A stretch of 64,000 bases of DNA. It comes from Candidatus Latescibacterota bacterium. GTDB taxonomy: Bacteria > Latescibacterota > UBA2968 > UBA8231. The notes below the pieces were generated by a model. The model made no database searches, was not told where the DNA came from, and worked only from the letters and a program-made list of their open reading frames with translations. The stretch is taken from positions 4,608,001-4,672,000 of the forward strand of contig OZ242214.1 of the NCBI GenBank assembly GCA_965206595.1. The letters are read 5' to 3'. Both the position numbers and the translations under genes were made by a program. Below, piece by piece: positions 51,551 through 64,000 of this stretch (positions are counted from its first letter, which is position 1; the number at the start of each line of letters is the position of its first letter).

Positions 51551-52384
51551 ATGGCAAACGATGCGAGCGCGGCTGACGCCGCGGATGGGAAAATAGATAT
51601 CATCGGGCACGTCATGGATGCCAGGCATCTCGAGGTGCCCTTCATCAATGCCCACCACATTCTCGACGGTAGAATAGAGCTCCCCCAGTTCGAACCCGTT
51701 TTCGGCATAGACCTTTCCATAACCCGCCACGTCGTGATGATGTGGGTTGCCAGCGCCCTGCTGATCGCCCTGCTCCTCAGCGCTTTCCGCAAACCCGGGC
51801 TGGTTCCAGGCGGCCTCGCCAACTTTTTCGAAGCGATTATCCTGTTCATCCGGGACGAAGTGGTGCAACCGGTGATGGGGGATCACGGCCGGCCGTTTCT
51901 GCCGTTTTTCCTGACTCTCTTTTTCTTCATCCTGTTTCTCAACCTTCTCGGACTGATTCCCTACAGCGCCACCGCTACCGGAAACGTATCGGTCACCGCG
52001 GCTCTCGCACTGGTAACCTTCGCCATAACGCAAGTGGTGGGAATCGCCAACAACGGTCCCTTGGGTTACGCCAAGAGCCTGGTGCCGTCTGGCATGCCGG
52101 TCTGGCTGCTGCCGATCATGGTTCCCATCGAAGTGCTCGGCATGCTGGTCAAACCGTTTGCGCTGTGCATCCGCCTGTTCGCCAACATGATCGCCGGGCA
52201 CGTAGCTATACTGGTGTTCCTGGCGATGATCGTAATGTTCAAGAGCTATTTCCTCGCGCCGGTGTCGGTGGTTTTCGCCGCCGCGATATACCTGTTCGAA
52301 ATCTTCATTGCCTTCGTTCAGGCATTCATTTTTACCCTGTTGTCGGCGCTGTTCATAAACATGGCCGCTCACCCCGATCACTGA
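51551..52384 (+). CDS. atpB: F0 subunit a
   Basis: NLLGLIP, ATGN, KPFALCIRLFANMIAGH, VQAFIFTLLS. Confidence 0.96.
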   Translation: MANDASAADAADGKIDIIGHVMDARHLEVPFINAHHILDGRIELPQFEPVFGIDLSITRHVVMMWVASALLIALLLSAFRKPGLVPGGLANFFEAIILFIRDEVVQPVMGDHGRPFLPFFLTLFFFILFLNLLGLIPYSATATGNVSVTAALALVTFAITQVVGIANNGPLGYAKSLVPSGMPVWLLPIMVPIEVLGMLVKPFALCIRLFANMIAGHVAILVFLAMIVMFKSYFLAPVSVVFAAAIYLFEIFIAFVQAFIFTLLSALFINMAAHPDH

Positions 52385-52411
52385 CGGAGACCGCGGCCCC
52401 CCCCAAGCTGA

Positions 52412-52672
<261 letters not shown>

Positions 52673-52828
52673 GGCCGCCTGTTCACGCAGGAGTCCGCGG
52701 CGGACGATCGCCGGATCCGGGCCGTCGCCGGTCCCGAACCGGTTTACGAGACTCTACCCGCGCAGGACTCGTCGTGGGCTCAAGGCACCTGGCGGTGCGA
52801 AACCCGACCTAACCTGTAAGAGCGGATC

Positions 52829-53326
52829 ATGTTGCTGGAGCCTCACGCAGGCCTGATTGCCTGGACGATAATCACCTTCGCGGTGGTGCTGATTGTACTC
52901 AAGCGATTCGTGTGGACGCCCCTGCTCGAAGCCCTCGACGAGCGCCAACGCCGCATCCGCGAAGCCTTGGAAGGAGCGGAAAGGGCGCGCGACGAAGCCC
53001 GCGCCACCCTGGCCGAACACCAAGAAGCCCTCGCCGGGGCCGAAGCCGAAGCCCGGGACATCGTCGCGCAGGCGCGGGAAGCCGCCGAGCGGGTGCGTTC
53101 CGACCTGGTTTCCCACGCTCGCCAGGAAGCCGAACAGACACTGGAGCAGGCGCGCCGGACCATAGAGAGCGAAAAGCTCGTCGCCTTGGGGGAGCTGCGC
53201 CGGGAAGTCGCCGACCTCGCGGTGCGTGCGGCCGGGGAGATCCTCAACGCCAATCTCGACGACAAGCGCAATCGCCGTCTCGTCGACGACCTGATCGCCG
53301 ATGTTCCCGACAATCCCTCAGGATGA
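52829..53326 (+). CDS. atpF: F0 subunit b
   Basis: WTIITF..LKRFVWTP..LDERQ followed by coiled coil. Confidence 0.95.
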   Translation: MLLEPHAGLIAWTIITFAVVLIVLKRFVWTPLLEALDERQRRIREALEGAERARDEARATLAEHQEALAGAEAEARDIVAQAREAAERVRSDLVSHARQEAEQTLEQARRTIESEKLVALGELRREVADLAVRAAGEILNANLDDKRNRRLVDDLIADVPDNPSG

Positions 53327-53365
53327 CGGGAAGGATCTGAAAGCAATGCGGGGTGGTTCGCACTC

Positions 53366-53908
53366 GTGAGAGCCCAGGAGGTCGTCTGCAGGTACGCCGT
53401 CACGCTACTGGAGGCGTTGGAAGAGAGGGGTGTCGGCGAGGCGGAGATGCGCCGGGACATGGAGGGGCTGGATGCTGCGCTGCGGAGTTCGGCGGAGCTG
53501 GTGGAGTTCCTGCGGAATCCGCTGCTTCAGCTGGAAGCCAAGCGCTCCGGTCTCGAAGCGTTGTTCACCGGCAAGGTTCAGCCGTTGACCCTCAACTTTC
53601 TCAGGCTGCTGGTGGAGCGCCGCCGCATCGGCTTGCTGCCGGAAATCGCGCGCGGGTTTCTCGACCTCCTCGACCGGCGGTCGGGGGTGGCCACGGCGCA
53701 GGTGACCTCGGCGGTGGCGTTGACCACGGATCAGGAAGAGCGCCTGCGGACGCGGCTGGCCTCGTTTACAGGACTGCAGATCCGCCTCGACACGAGCGTC
53801 GATCCCGACCTCGGGGGAGGGCTGGTCGCACGAGTCGGCGATCTCGTGTTCGACGGCTCAGTGGAAACTCAGCTCGAGCGTCTGCGCGTACGATTGATGG
53901 AAGCTTGA
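53366..53908 (+). CDS. atpH: F1 subunit delta
   Basis: RYAVTL, NFLRLLVERRR, VTSAVAL, VDPDLGGGLVARVGD..DGS. Confidence 0.95.
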   Translation: MRAQEVVCRYAVTLLEALEERGVGEAEMRRDMEGLDAALRSSAELVEFLRNPLLQLEAKRSGLEALFTGKVQPLTLNFLRLLVERRRIGLLPEIARGFLDLLDRRSGVATAQVTSAVALTTDQEERLRTRLASFTGLQIRLDTSVDPDLGGGLVARVGDLVFDGSVETQLERLRVRLMEA

Positions 53909-53951
53909 TTCTCTCGTAAAAACCCTACGTCCCCAGAATGCCCGGTTTGTT

Positions 53952-53999
53952 ATACAACATATAGTGTATGCCTTGTCTTAGTTGGCCAATATATAGTGG
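53952..53999. promoter_or_regulatory. Tandem NrdR-box-like operators upstream of atpA
   Basis: ATACAACATATAGTGT (53952-53967) and GGCCAATATATAGTGG (53984-53999), starts 32 bp apart; match to consensus acaCwAtATaTwGtgt. Confidence 0.7.
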
Positions 54000-54120
54000 C
54001 GCTCTAGTGTGCTGAATCGCTGAACATCCTGAAAATGGGGTTAATACGAAGGAGTCAAGCTTGATCAAGGCAGTGGTAGCACATACCGAATTCGATACGG
54101 AGCGCAGGAGGATGTAGGCG

Positions 54121-55647
54121 ATGCCCGCAGAGGCAATGGTGCAACCTGACGAGATATCCCGGATACTCAAGCAGCAGCTGTCGGGATTCGAAAAGGAAAT
54201 AGATGTTTACGAAACCGGGACGGTCCTGTACGTCGGGGACGGGATCGCGCGCGTGCATGGATTGTCCAACGTGCGCGCTACCGAACTCGTGGAGTTCCCG
54301 CACGGCATCATGGGCATGGCGCTAAACCTCGAGGAGGACAACGTCGGCTGCGTGCTCTTCGGCGACGACACCCTGATCAGCGAAGGGGACCAGGTGAAGC
54401 GCACCGGACGCATTGTCGAGGTGCCGGTGGGGGAAGAGCTGCTCGGGAGAGTCGTCAACCCCTTGGGGCAGCCGATCGACGGCAAGGGAGAGGTCAACGC
54501 CGGCCGTACGCTTCCCGTCGAGCGCAAGGCCCCCGGGGTCATCGAACGCCAGCCCGTCCACGAGGCCCTGCAGACCGGTATCAAGATCATCGATGCGACG
54601 GTTCCGATCGGCCGCGGACAGCGCGAGCTCATCATCGGGGATCGCCAGACCGGAAAAACGGCGATCGCCGTGGATACGATCATCAACCAGCACGACCAAG
54701 ACGTGAAGTGCATCTACGTCGCCATCGGGCAGAAGGCGTCGACGGTAGCGAAGGTCGTCGCCGAACTCGAGGCCAACGGAGCCATGGAATACACCGTCGT
54801 GGTGTCGGCGACGGCCTCGGACCCGGCGCCGCTGCAGTTCCTGGCTCCGTACGCCGGGGCCTCGATGGGGGAGTATTTCCGAGACAATGGGCAGCATGCC
54901 CTGATCATCTACGACGATCTCTCGAAACAGGCGTGGGCGTATCGAGAGATGTCTCTCATTCTGCGGCGCCCACCGGGCCGCGAAGCCTACCCGGGCGACG
55001 TCTTCTATCTGCACTCGCGGCTGCTTGAGCGCGCCGCGAAAATGAGCGATGAAAAGGGGGGCGGCTCCCTGACGGCGCTTCCGGTGATCGAGATTCTCGA
55101 GGGGGACGTTTCGACTTTCGTGCCGACAAACGTCATCTCGATCACTGACGGCCAGATCCTGCTCAAACCGGAGCTGTTCTACAGCGGCAACAGGCCGGCC
55201 ATGGATGTCGGCGCCTCGGTGTCGCGCGTCGGCAGCGACGCCCAGACTAAGGCGATGAAGGCGGTTGCGCGCTCGATCAAGGGGGACATCTCGCGATACA
55301 ACGAGGTGAAAGCGTTCGCCCAGTTCGGGACCTCTGATCTCGACCAGTCGACGCGGAACCTGCTCAACCGCGGCGAGAAGCTCATGGAGATCCTCAAACA
55401 GGGGCAGTACTCGCCGCAATCCCTCGAAGAGGAGACCGTGGCCCTGTCCGCCATCGATCACGTGCTCGATCTGCCGACCGCCGACGTGATGCGCTTCGAG
55501 CAGGAGCTGCTCGCCCACATGCGCGACCGCCAGCCAGACCTGATGCGGGAAATCGGGGAAAGCCGCGATCTCGAGGACGAGACGAAGGAAAAGCTCGCCG
55601 CGGCCATCGAGGAATTCAAACGCGGCTTTCGCCCCTCGGAGGGCTGA
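54121..55647 (+). CDS. atpA: F1 subunit alpha
   Basis: [38 protein letters not shown]. Confidence 0.98.
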   Translation: MPAEAMVQPDEISRILKQQLSGFEKEIDVYETGTVLYVGDGIARVHGLSNVRATELVEFPHGIMGMALNLEEDNVGCVLFGDDTLISEGDQVKRTGRIVEVPVGEELLGRVVNPLGQPIDGKGEVNAGRTLPVERKAPGVIERQPVHEALQTGIKIIDATVPIGRGQRELIIGDRQTGKTAIAVDTIINQHDQDVKCIYVAIGQKASTVAKVVAELEANGAMEYTVVVSATASDPAPLQFLAPYAGASMGEYFRDNGQHALIIYDDLSKQAWAYREMSLILRRPPGREAYPGDVFYLHSRLLERAAKMSDEKGGGSLTALPVIEILEGDVSTFVPTNVISITDGQILLKPELFYSGNRPAMDVGASVSRVGSDAQTKAMKAVARSIKGDISRYNEVKAFAQFGTSDLDQSTRNLLNRGEKLMEILKQGQYSPQSLEEETVALSAIDHVLDLPTADVMRFEQELLAHMRDRQPDLMREIGESRDLEDETKEKLAAAIEEFKRGFRPSEG

Positions 55648-55663
55648 GGGCGGAGACTGATCG

Positions 55664-57992
<2,329 letters not shown>

Positions 57993-58012
57993 TGAGCGAG
58001 GCGAGCTCCGGC

Positions 58013-58414
58013 ATGGCTGCCTACCAGTTGGAAATCGTCACTCCGTCCGGGACCGCCTACTCCGGTTCCGTGGAGAGCTTGCAGGCTCCCGGAAGTCAGG
58101 GCTCGTTCGGCGTGCTCGCGCGGCACGCCCCGATGATCGCCGGGATGACGACCGGCCCCCTCGCCTTCACGGAAGCAGGGGCCGAGGGGCGAGTCATGGC
58201 CTGCAGCGGCGGCTTCGTCGAGGTGCTCGGCGACCGGGTCACGGTGCTCGCTGAGGCCGCGGAATTCGGTGACGGGATTGATCTCGCCCGCGCCGAGGCA
58301 GCACGCGACCGCGCCCGTCAGAGACTCGCCCAAAAGAGAGATGTGGATCGGGTTCGGGCGGAGGCAGCCCTTGTGCGAGCCCTTGTCCGAATCCAGATCG
58401 CCGGCGGGGCCTGA
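58013..58414 (+). CDS. atpC: F1 subunit epsilon
   Basis: LEIVTP, GVLARHAP, SGGFVEV, VTVLAE (alternative GTG start 57992). Confidence 0.95.
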   Translation: MAAYQLEIVTPSGTAYSGSVESLQAPGSQGSFGVLARHAPMIAGMTTGPLAFTEAGAEGRVMACSGGFVEVLGDRVTVLAEAAEFGDGIDLARAEAARDRARQRLAQKRDVDRVRAEAALVRALVRIQIAGGA

Positions 58415-58415
58415 A

Positions 58416-59474
58416 ATGCCCGGTTCGAAGCTGTCCCCGGAACTGCAGGATTTTCTGCGGCGTCACGTGCCTCTTATAGAAGAGGAGATGTTCTCCTTCC
58501 TGCCAGTGCAGGAGCCGGAGGAGTTCATGTACCGTCCGATGCGCGACTACCCCGAACGCGGGGGAAAGCGCCTGCGGCCGACCCTGGTCCTGCTCGCCTG
58601 CGACGCTCTGGGCGGCGACCTGCACAAAGCGGTCCGCACCGCCTCGGCGTTCGAGATGTTCCAGTCCTTCGCCGTCATCCACGACGACATCGAGGACGAC
58701 TCGGAGTTCCGCCGGGGAAAGCCGTGCATCCACAAGCTCTACGGCATTCCCTTGAGCATCAACGTAGGCGATGCCCTCTACGCGAAGGTGTTCGAGATCC
58801 TGTGCGCGAATCGCAACCTCCTGGGCTGCCAGAAAAGCATGGAGCTGATCGACGAAATGATCCGCGGGTCCAAGCAGACCTTCGAGGGCCAGGCGTACGA
58901 CATCGGCTGGATCCGCAAGCAGCATATCCCCACGGAAGAAGAGTTCATGGTTATGGTGACGAAGAAGACGGGATGGTACACCGGCCGGGGACCCTGCACC
59001 GCGGGAGCGATCGTTGCCGGCGCCGGGGATCGCGAGCTCCGTCAGATAGGGGATTTCGGCGAAGCGATGGCAATCGCCTTTCAGATCAGGGACGACGTCC
59101 TCAATCTGCTGAGCCCGGCGCAGGACGAAGAAGAAGCACCCGGATTGACTTCGGGCGGTTACGGCAAGGAGCGCGGAGGCGACATCGCCGAGGGCAAACG
59201 CACCCTGCTGGTTATCGACCTGCTGCGCAATTGCACCGCAGAGGAGCACGCCGAGGTCCTCGAGATCCTCAGCCTGCACCGCGACCTGACCACGCAGGAC
59301 CAGATCGAGCGGGTCATCGGTCTCATCGAGTCGTACGGTTCGCTGCAGTACGCCGACGAGGTCGCTACTCGAAAAGCGGACGAGGCGCTGGCCCTGCTGG
59401 AACGGACCCAGCCAAGCGCAGCCCGAGATCTCCTGAAGGAGATGCTGGAGTTTTTCGTCCAGCGCGCTTTCTAG
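58416..59474 (+). CDS. Polyprenyl diphosphate synthase (GGPP-synthase-like)
   Basis: GGKRLRP, FAVIHDDIEDDSEFRRG, GQAYD, KKT, FQIRDDVLN, DIAEGKRT. Confidence 0.92.
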   Translation: MPGSKLSPELQDFLRRHVPLIEEEMFSFLPVQEPEEFMYRPMRDYPERGGKRLRPTLVLLACDALGGDLHKAVRTASAFEMFQSFAVIHDDIEDDSEFRRGKPCIHKLYGIPLSINVGDALYAKVFEILCANRNLLGCQKSMELIDEMIRGSKQTFEGQAYDIGWIRKQHIPTEEEFMVMVTKKTGWYTGRGPCTAGAIVAGAGDRELRQIGDFGEAMAIAFQIRDDVLNLLSPAQDEEEAPGLTSGGYGKERGGDIAEGKRTLLVIDLLRNCTAEEHAEVLEILSLHRDLTTQDQIERVIGLIESYGSLQYADEVATRKADEALALLERTQPSAARDLLKEMLEFFVQRAF

Positions 59475-60108
59475 CCATGGGCCGGGCCGGCGCCAGCTGG
59501 CCGATCACTTCCTCCGCCAGGGGACGAAGATTGCGCTGCAACCTGCTTCGCCCCCGGTTGACCCGCGACTTCACCGTGCCCACGGGACATTCGATGATCT
59601 TGGCGATCTCTTCGTACGAGAGGCCATTCATGTCCCGGAGCAAAACAGCGTCACGGAACTCGTCCGGCAGGGTCTGAATGGCCGTCTCCACGGACTGGTG
59701 GACGGTGTTGGTGTCGGTCACTTCACCAGGCAGGGCCTCGCCATCCACCGGCTCGAAAAACGGGGTGCGCTCCTCATTTTCCGAGGGACCTGTGGGCACC
59801 CAGTGCCAACGCTTGCGGCGTCTGAGCTCGGTCTTGGCCAGATTGCCGGCGATGGTGTACAACCAGGTCGACACCTGCTCGATGACGGGGAACTGCTTGC
59901 GGTGGCGCAGGCATCTCAGAAAGGTTTCCTGAACGATGTCCTCCGATGTTTCCCGGTCACCGACGAAGCGATTTACGAAGTTGTGCAAAGGGACGCGGTA
60001 GCGGCGCACCAGAATCGCCAGGGCGCTCGAGTCCTTCACCGCGGCCATCAGCACCGCCTTGTCGGATAGTTCTTCGGTTCGATCCTGGTCCACGGTGTTT
60101 GCTTTCAT
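59365..60108 (-). CDS. ECF (sigma-70 group 4) sigma factor
   Basis: SEDIVQETF, STWLYTIAGN, LSYEEIAKIIECPVGTVKSRVNRGR; AAAGGGG RBS. Confidence 0.92.
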   Translation of the reverse strand: MKANTVDQDRTEELSDKAVLMAAVKDSSALAILVRRYRVPLHNFVNRFVGDRETSEDIVQETFLRCLRHRKQFPVIEQVSTWLYTIAGNLAKTELRRRKRWHWVPTGPSENEERTPFFEPVDGEALPGEVTDTNTVHQSVETAIQTLPDEFRDAVLLRDMNGLSYEEIAKIIECPVGTVKSRVNRGRSRLQRNLRPLAEEVIGQLAPARPMARKRAGRKTPASPSGDLGLRLAGSVPAGPAPRPLFE

Positions 60109-60855
60109 CGCTGCTTCCCCCTTTGTCTGCCGCCGCGAATCCGGTTTCGGGGTGGCTCTAAGAAGAGCAAGCAATCGCCGTACCATTTTCACCGGGATGG
60201 AACACAGGCCCCGTGATTGTCCCCGCATTGCCAGGCGAACACGCGCAAAGCGACCTTTTTCCGGCCCTTCGGGATCTTTCGGGGTTTGCCTGGTGGCGAG
60301 GGTGGGCGGGTAGTCGAATTTCCCTCTGATCCCGCTCGTGAAAGCGCCCGATTCCGGAGATTTCACAAGCTGTTCCCAATGAGCTGTTCGTCACCCCGCC
60401 TGCTGCAGACCGTCGGTCCGGATTTTCGTTTTGGGATCTGTCGGGAATCACGCCAAAGGAGGCGAAACCTCCCGGACTGCCCGTGGTTTTGCCGCAGATC
60501 AACTCAGTAATCTGAGGCTCCTCAACAATCTGATGCCCACAGACGCATTGCGCTTGAACTCCGACCGCTTCGTTTTGACGGCTTCTCCGGTTTGCGCCTA
60601 TCCTTCCCGAATCGCTGATCAAAACAACCCGCTGAAAAAGCCGTCCGGGCTGAGCCCGGTCCGGACGGCCGCGAATCCTCCGGGTTTGTGTCGGGGGCGG
60701 CTTGGCAGTTCCCTGACACTAGGAAGAGCGTTCCGCAGCCGGCGTTGCGCTCCCTCCCCGAATTCCCTGCGCATCCGACTCGGTCGCACGCCTCGTTTTG
60801 GGCTACCATGAATCGGCCTCGCCTGCAGAGCAACTGTCAATGAGCTGAAAAGGGA

Positions 60856-61620
60856 GTGCGCGTGGAAGAATCGCAGGACAGACTGGAAGAATTTTGCGCT
60901 GCCCACGGCATCGAGCGCTTTTCGCCGGCGGAGATCATCGAGCTCCTGGAGGATGGCGAGGAGGTCGGCTGGATCGTCGAGCAGGTTGCCGCAGGTGCGG
61001 ATGCCTCCGGCCAGTTGGCGAGCCTACTGACGGAAATCGCCGCGGAGACGGCCCCCTCTACGGAAGCGATGGCTCCTTTTTCGGAGGTGGAGTCCTCCGA
61101 TCTCGAGGAGGTGGGCTCTTCGGGGCGAGAGGCTGCCGCAGCGGCCGAGGCTTGGGATGAAGCTGCGACAGCCCCGGCGGATGAACCCGGAGCGCCCCCG
61201 ATGCCGGCCGCAACCGCAGGCGATCTTCAAGCCGGGAGTCTTTCCGATCTCGATGCTCTGAAGGATATCGAACTGCCGGAAGGCATCGACCGGGGGCAGG
61301 TCGAGCAGTTGCTCTCCTCTCCGCAAGGGGCCTTGCTGGCCGATTTCGGACTGTTTTGTCAGGAGAAGGGGGTTTCCCCGGATGAAGCCGCGGCGATGGG
61401 GAAGAAGGAGGGAGGACCAATGGCAGAGCTGCGCGAGGAATGGCTCACAACGCCGCGCGCATCGCTCGACGGGCGCAGGCCTGCCGATCTGCTTGAGGAA
61501 GGTGGGATGTTCGGCAAGGTCGGGACCTACCGGCGCGAAGTTCCGAAAATCGGCCGCAACGACCCGTGTCCGTGCGAAAGCGGGAAGAAATACAAGAGAT
61601 GTTGCGGCAAGGGAGAATAG
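60856..61620 (+). CDS. SEC-C motif (zinc-binding) domain protein
   Basis: C-terminal [21 protein letters not shown]; WLTTPR..LDGRRP. Confidence 0.8.
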   Translation: MRVEESQDRLEEFCAAHGIERFSPAEIIELLEDGEEVGWIVEQVAAGADASGQLASLLTEIAAETAPSTEAMAPFSEVESSDLEEVGSSGREAAAAAEAWDEAATAPADEPGAPPMPAATAGDLQAGSLSDLDALKDIELPEGIDRGQVEQLLSSPQGALLADFGLFCQEKGVSPDEAAAMGKKEGGPMAELREEWLTTPRASLDGRRPADLLEEGGMFGKVGTYRREVPKIGRNDPCPCESGKKYKRCCGKGE

Positions 61621-61624
61621 AGGG

Positions 61625-62170
61625 ATGAAACTGCGGCCCTCCGATAAGATAGACGGGGTGGCCATCGCGGAGCTGGAGGCGTTCGGGGACGAGCGGGGTT
61701 GGTTCGCGGAATCCTTCCGCAGCGAGTGGTTTCCGGACATCTTCTGGGCCCAGCTCCAGTGCAACCGTTCCGAATCCAGGGCGGGAACCGTGCGGGGGCT
61801 GCATTACCATCACCTGCAAGTCGACTACTGGCAGTGCCTCGCCGGAAGCCTGCGCGTCGGCCTCTACGACCTGCGGCGCTCCTCTCCCACCCGCGGACGG
61901 GGCGAGATTCTGCATCTTGATCATCGGCAGCCGCAGGGGCTGTTCATTCCCTCCGGCGTGGCGCACGGCTTCCTGGCCCTGGCCGACGTCACCCTGACCT
62001 ACGTGGTCAACCGCTACTACGACGACGGCGCCGACGAGTTCTCCCTCGCCTGGGACGACCCGGACCTGGGGTTTGCGTGGGACGTGGGGGAAGCGGAGGT
62101 CATCGTCTCGCCACGGGATGAAGCCAGCCCGCGGCTCGGTCAGCTCGAAGAGGCGGACCTGCCGGAGTAG
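61625..62170 (+). CDS. rfbC: dTDP-4-dehydrorhamnose 3,5-epimerase family
   Basis: FGDERGWFAE, VRGLHYH, DLRRSSPT, IPSGVAHGF, WDDPDL. Confidence 0.88.
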   Translation: MKLRPSDKIDGVAIAELEAFGDERGWFAESFRSEWFPDIFWAQLQCNRSESRAGTVRGLHYHHLQVDYWQCLAGSLRVGLYDLRRSSPTRGRGEILHLDHRQPQGLFIPSGVAHGFLALADVTLTYVVNRYYDDGADEFSLAWDDPDLGFAWDVGEAEVIVSPRDEASPRLGQLEEADLPE

Positions 62171-62180
62171 GGGATTCGAA

Positions 62181-63059
62181 GTGGTGGAGCGCAACGACAG
62201 CTGCCGGGCAAACCTGATCGAGCAACTGATCGGTCGCCATGCCCTGCGCATAGCCCCTGCCGGAGAGGTGTACTGGTACACCTCGGGCACCGTTGGACCG
62301 TACTACATAAACACCCATTACCTGTTCGGCGGACCTGATAAAGCCGGGGAGCTTCTGGCCTTCATCGACGCCGAGAAGGAGAACGTCGATCGCTTCCTCC
62401 CGGAGCTGTCCGCTCGATGCCGCGACATGTACGGCAGCGACCCGGTCTACGAGAACGTGGTCGACTGTCTCGCCGCGACTCTGAGGCCGAAGAGGGCATC
62501 GTTGGCGATGATTTCCGGTGGCGAGCGCCGCGACTGGTTTTTCTCGGTTGCGGTCGCGCATCAGCTCGACCTGCCCCATCTCTACCTCTACAAGGACCAG
62601 CGGGGGTTTCTTGTCGGGAACGGAGCTGCGGTCGAGGCGAGGGACCTTGCCGGAAAACGCTCCGCTCATGTCGCCGACCTGGTCACCGAGGCGTCGAGCT
62701 ACTGCAATGCTTGGGTGCCGGCGCTGCGCAGCCGCGGGGGGTATCTCGCCTGCGCAGCGAACGTCATCGACCGCGCCCAGGGAGGCGCGGAGGTTCTGAA
62801 ATCACTCGGGGTCGAGGCCTGGAGCCTGCTGCGGGTGGACGAAGAGCTGTTCGCCGAGATGCTGCGGAAGAACCTGATCGATGCGGATCAGAAGTCTGCC
62901 CTGGAGGCCTACTGCCGCGACCCCCACGGGGCGATGCGCCGCTTCCTCGAGAGCCATCCCCGGTTTCTGGAGGCGGCCCTGGACAGCGACGATCCCCGCA
63001 CCTCGGAACGGGCCAGGCTGCTGGTGAAGCAGGACATCTACGGGCTCCACTCCTCCTGA
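62181..63059 (+). CDS. Orotate phosphoribosyltransferase-like PRTase
   Basis: WYTSGTVGPYYINTH, ISGGERRDWFFS, HVADLVTEASS, IDRAQGG. Confidence 0.75.
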   Translation: MVERNDSCRANLIEQLIGRHALRIAPAGEVYWYTSGTVGPYYINTHYLFGGPDKAGELLAFIDAEKENVDRFLPELSARCRDMYGSDPVYENVVDCLAATLRPKRASLAMISGGERRDWFFSVAVAHQLDLPHLYLYKDQRGFLVGNGAAVEARDLAGKRSAHVADLVTEASSYCNAWVPALRSRGGYLACAANVIDRAQGGAEVLKSLGVEAWSLLRVDEELFAEMLRKNLIDADQKSALEAYCRDPHGAMRRFLESHPRFLEAALDSDDPRTSERARLLVKQDIYGLHSS

Positions 63060-63076
63060 GGACGCCGCGCGGGCTT

Positions 63077-64000
63077 TCAGCCCGCGGCCTCTCCGAGAGC
63101 TTCCGGTTCCATCTGCACAGACACCATCTGCGAGACACCCTCCTCCAGCATGGTAACGCCGTGGAGGGTGTTGGCCGCCGACATGCTGAGCTTGTTGTGG
63201 GTCACCAGGATGAATTGCGTCGACTCGGCGAACTCACTGACCACGCGGATGAAGCGGCCGATGTTGACGTCGTCGAGGGGGGCGTCGACCTCGTCGAGGA
63301 TACACCACGGACTCGGCTTCACCTGGTAGATGGCGAACAGCAGGGCGATCGCGGTCAGGGCGCGCTCGCCACCCGACAGCAGGGCGATGCTCTGCAGGCG
63401 TTTTCCCCGCGGGCGGGCGGTGATTTCGATGGCCGCTTCGAGCGCGTCGACGTCAGGCTCGAGTGCGAGATCGGCTTCGCCTCCTGGAAAAAAGCGGCTG
63501 AAGGTCTCCTTGAACTTTCCGCGGATCTCCTCGAAGGTCTCGCGGAACATGCGGCGCGCAGTGCGGTCGATCAGCTGCAGAGTCTTGCGCAGGTCTGCGG
63601 CGGCGGCAAGCAGATCGTCGCGGTGTTGAACGAGGAAATCGTAGCGCTCCCGCTGCTGCTCGTACTCCTCGATGACCCCGACGTGTACCGCGCCAAGGCG
63701 CTCCAGTGAACGCCTCACCTGTTCGAGCCGCTCCTCGGTCGCCTGCGGATCGAACTCCTCCTCGACGACGGGTCCCTGCGGCTCGACCTCGACCTTCACC
63801 TCTTCCCGGAGTCGCTGGCGAATGCGCTCGGCGTCGTTCTGCAGCTCCGCGAGCCGGAGTTCGAGCTCGTGGCGCCGCTCTCGCTCCGCGGAAAGCGCTC
63901 TTTGCAGTTTGCCTATTACCCCTTCCAAGTCGCGGGAGCGGGTGACGACATCCTGCCAGGCCAGCTGGCTCTCGTCGCGGTTTCCGGCAAGCTGCTCGCG
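63077..64000 (-). CDS. smc: Chromosome segregation protein SMC, C-terminal part (5' end outside the window)
   Basis: Coiled coil, PRGKRL, LSGGERALTA, CILDEVDAPLDD, FILVTHN, GVTM. Confidence 0.95.
   Translation of the reverse strand, partial: REQLAGNRDESQLAWQDVVTRSRDLEGVIGKLQRALSAERERRHELELRLAELQNDAERIRQRLREEVKVEVEPQGPVVEEEFDPQATEERLEQVRRSLERLGAVHVGVIEEYEQQRERYDFLVQHRDDLLAAAADLRKTLQLIDRTARRMFRETFEEIRGKFKETFSRFFPGGEADLALEPDVDALEAAIEITARPRGKRLQSIALLSGGERALTAIALLFAIYQVKPSPWCILDEVDAPLDDVNIGRFIRVVSEFAESTQFILVTHNKLSMSAANTLHGVTMLEEGVSQMVSVQMEPEALGEAAG

Noticed and set aside
53940-54060. Replication origin in the AT-rich atpH-atpA spacer
   Set aside because: No cluster of TTATCCACA DnaA boxes; the NrdR-box pair explains the signal better
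60109-60855. Small ORFs or an ncRNA in the sigma/SEC-C spacer
   Set aside because: No motif, RBS or recognisable RNA family; only the short repeat is supported

Overview
High-GC bacterial chromosome segment. Taxon inference only: the gene content (FlgD-Ig/T9SS-like C-terminal domains, DUF4159, GHL10-like protein, FCB-style c-subunit, Na+-NQR) suggests a marine FCB-superphylum lineage such as Gemmatimonadota or Latescibacterota. In order: a partial MrfA/YprA-type DEAH helicase; a GHL10-like protein and SAF-domain oxidoreductase; two secreted peptidases; an NAD epimerase; cstA; moaB; glutaminyl cyclase; an M20 peptidase. An accessory region (~15.1-29.0 kb) follows. It holds a 3-gene cassette (DUF5131 three-Cys protein, SAMHD1-like HD hydrolase, YwgA/Panacea-like protein) bracketed by a ~250-bp duplication of the M20 gene 3' end, an ISL3, a CDF pseudogene split by an IS630, an SO_0444-type permease and czcCBA. 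Core metabolism follows: aceE-aceF-lpdA, DUF4159, an alanine symporter, a fabF-like-bioBAFD operon, nqrABCDEF-nqrM, the F1Fo atp operon, a polyprenyl synthase, an ECF sigma, a SEC-C protein, rfbC, an OPRT-like gene and the 3' end of smc. Best novelty candidates: (1) the repeat-bracketed DUF5131-HD-YwgA-like cassette, a candidate nucleotide-targeting defence/TA system; (2) a near-consensus tandem NrdR-box pair inside the atp operon upstream of atpA; (3) a FabF-type ketosynthase heading a biotin operon that lacks bioC/H/W/Z. No rRNA, tRNA or CRISPR array was seen.
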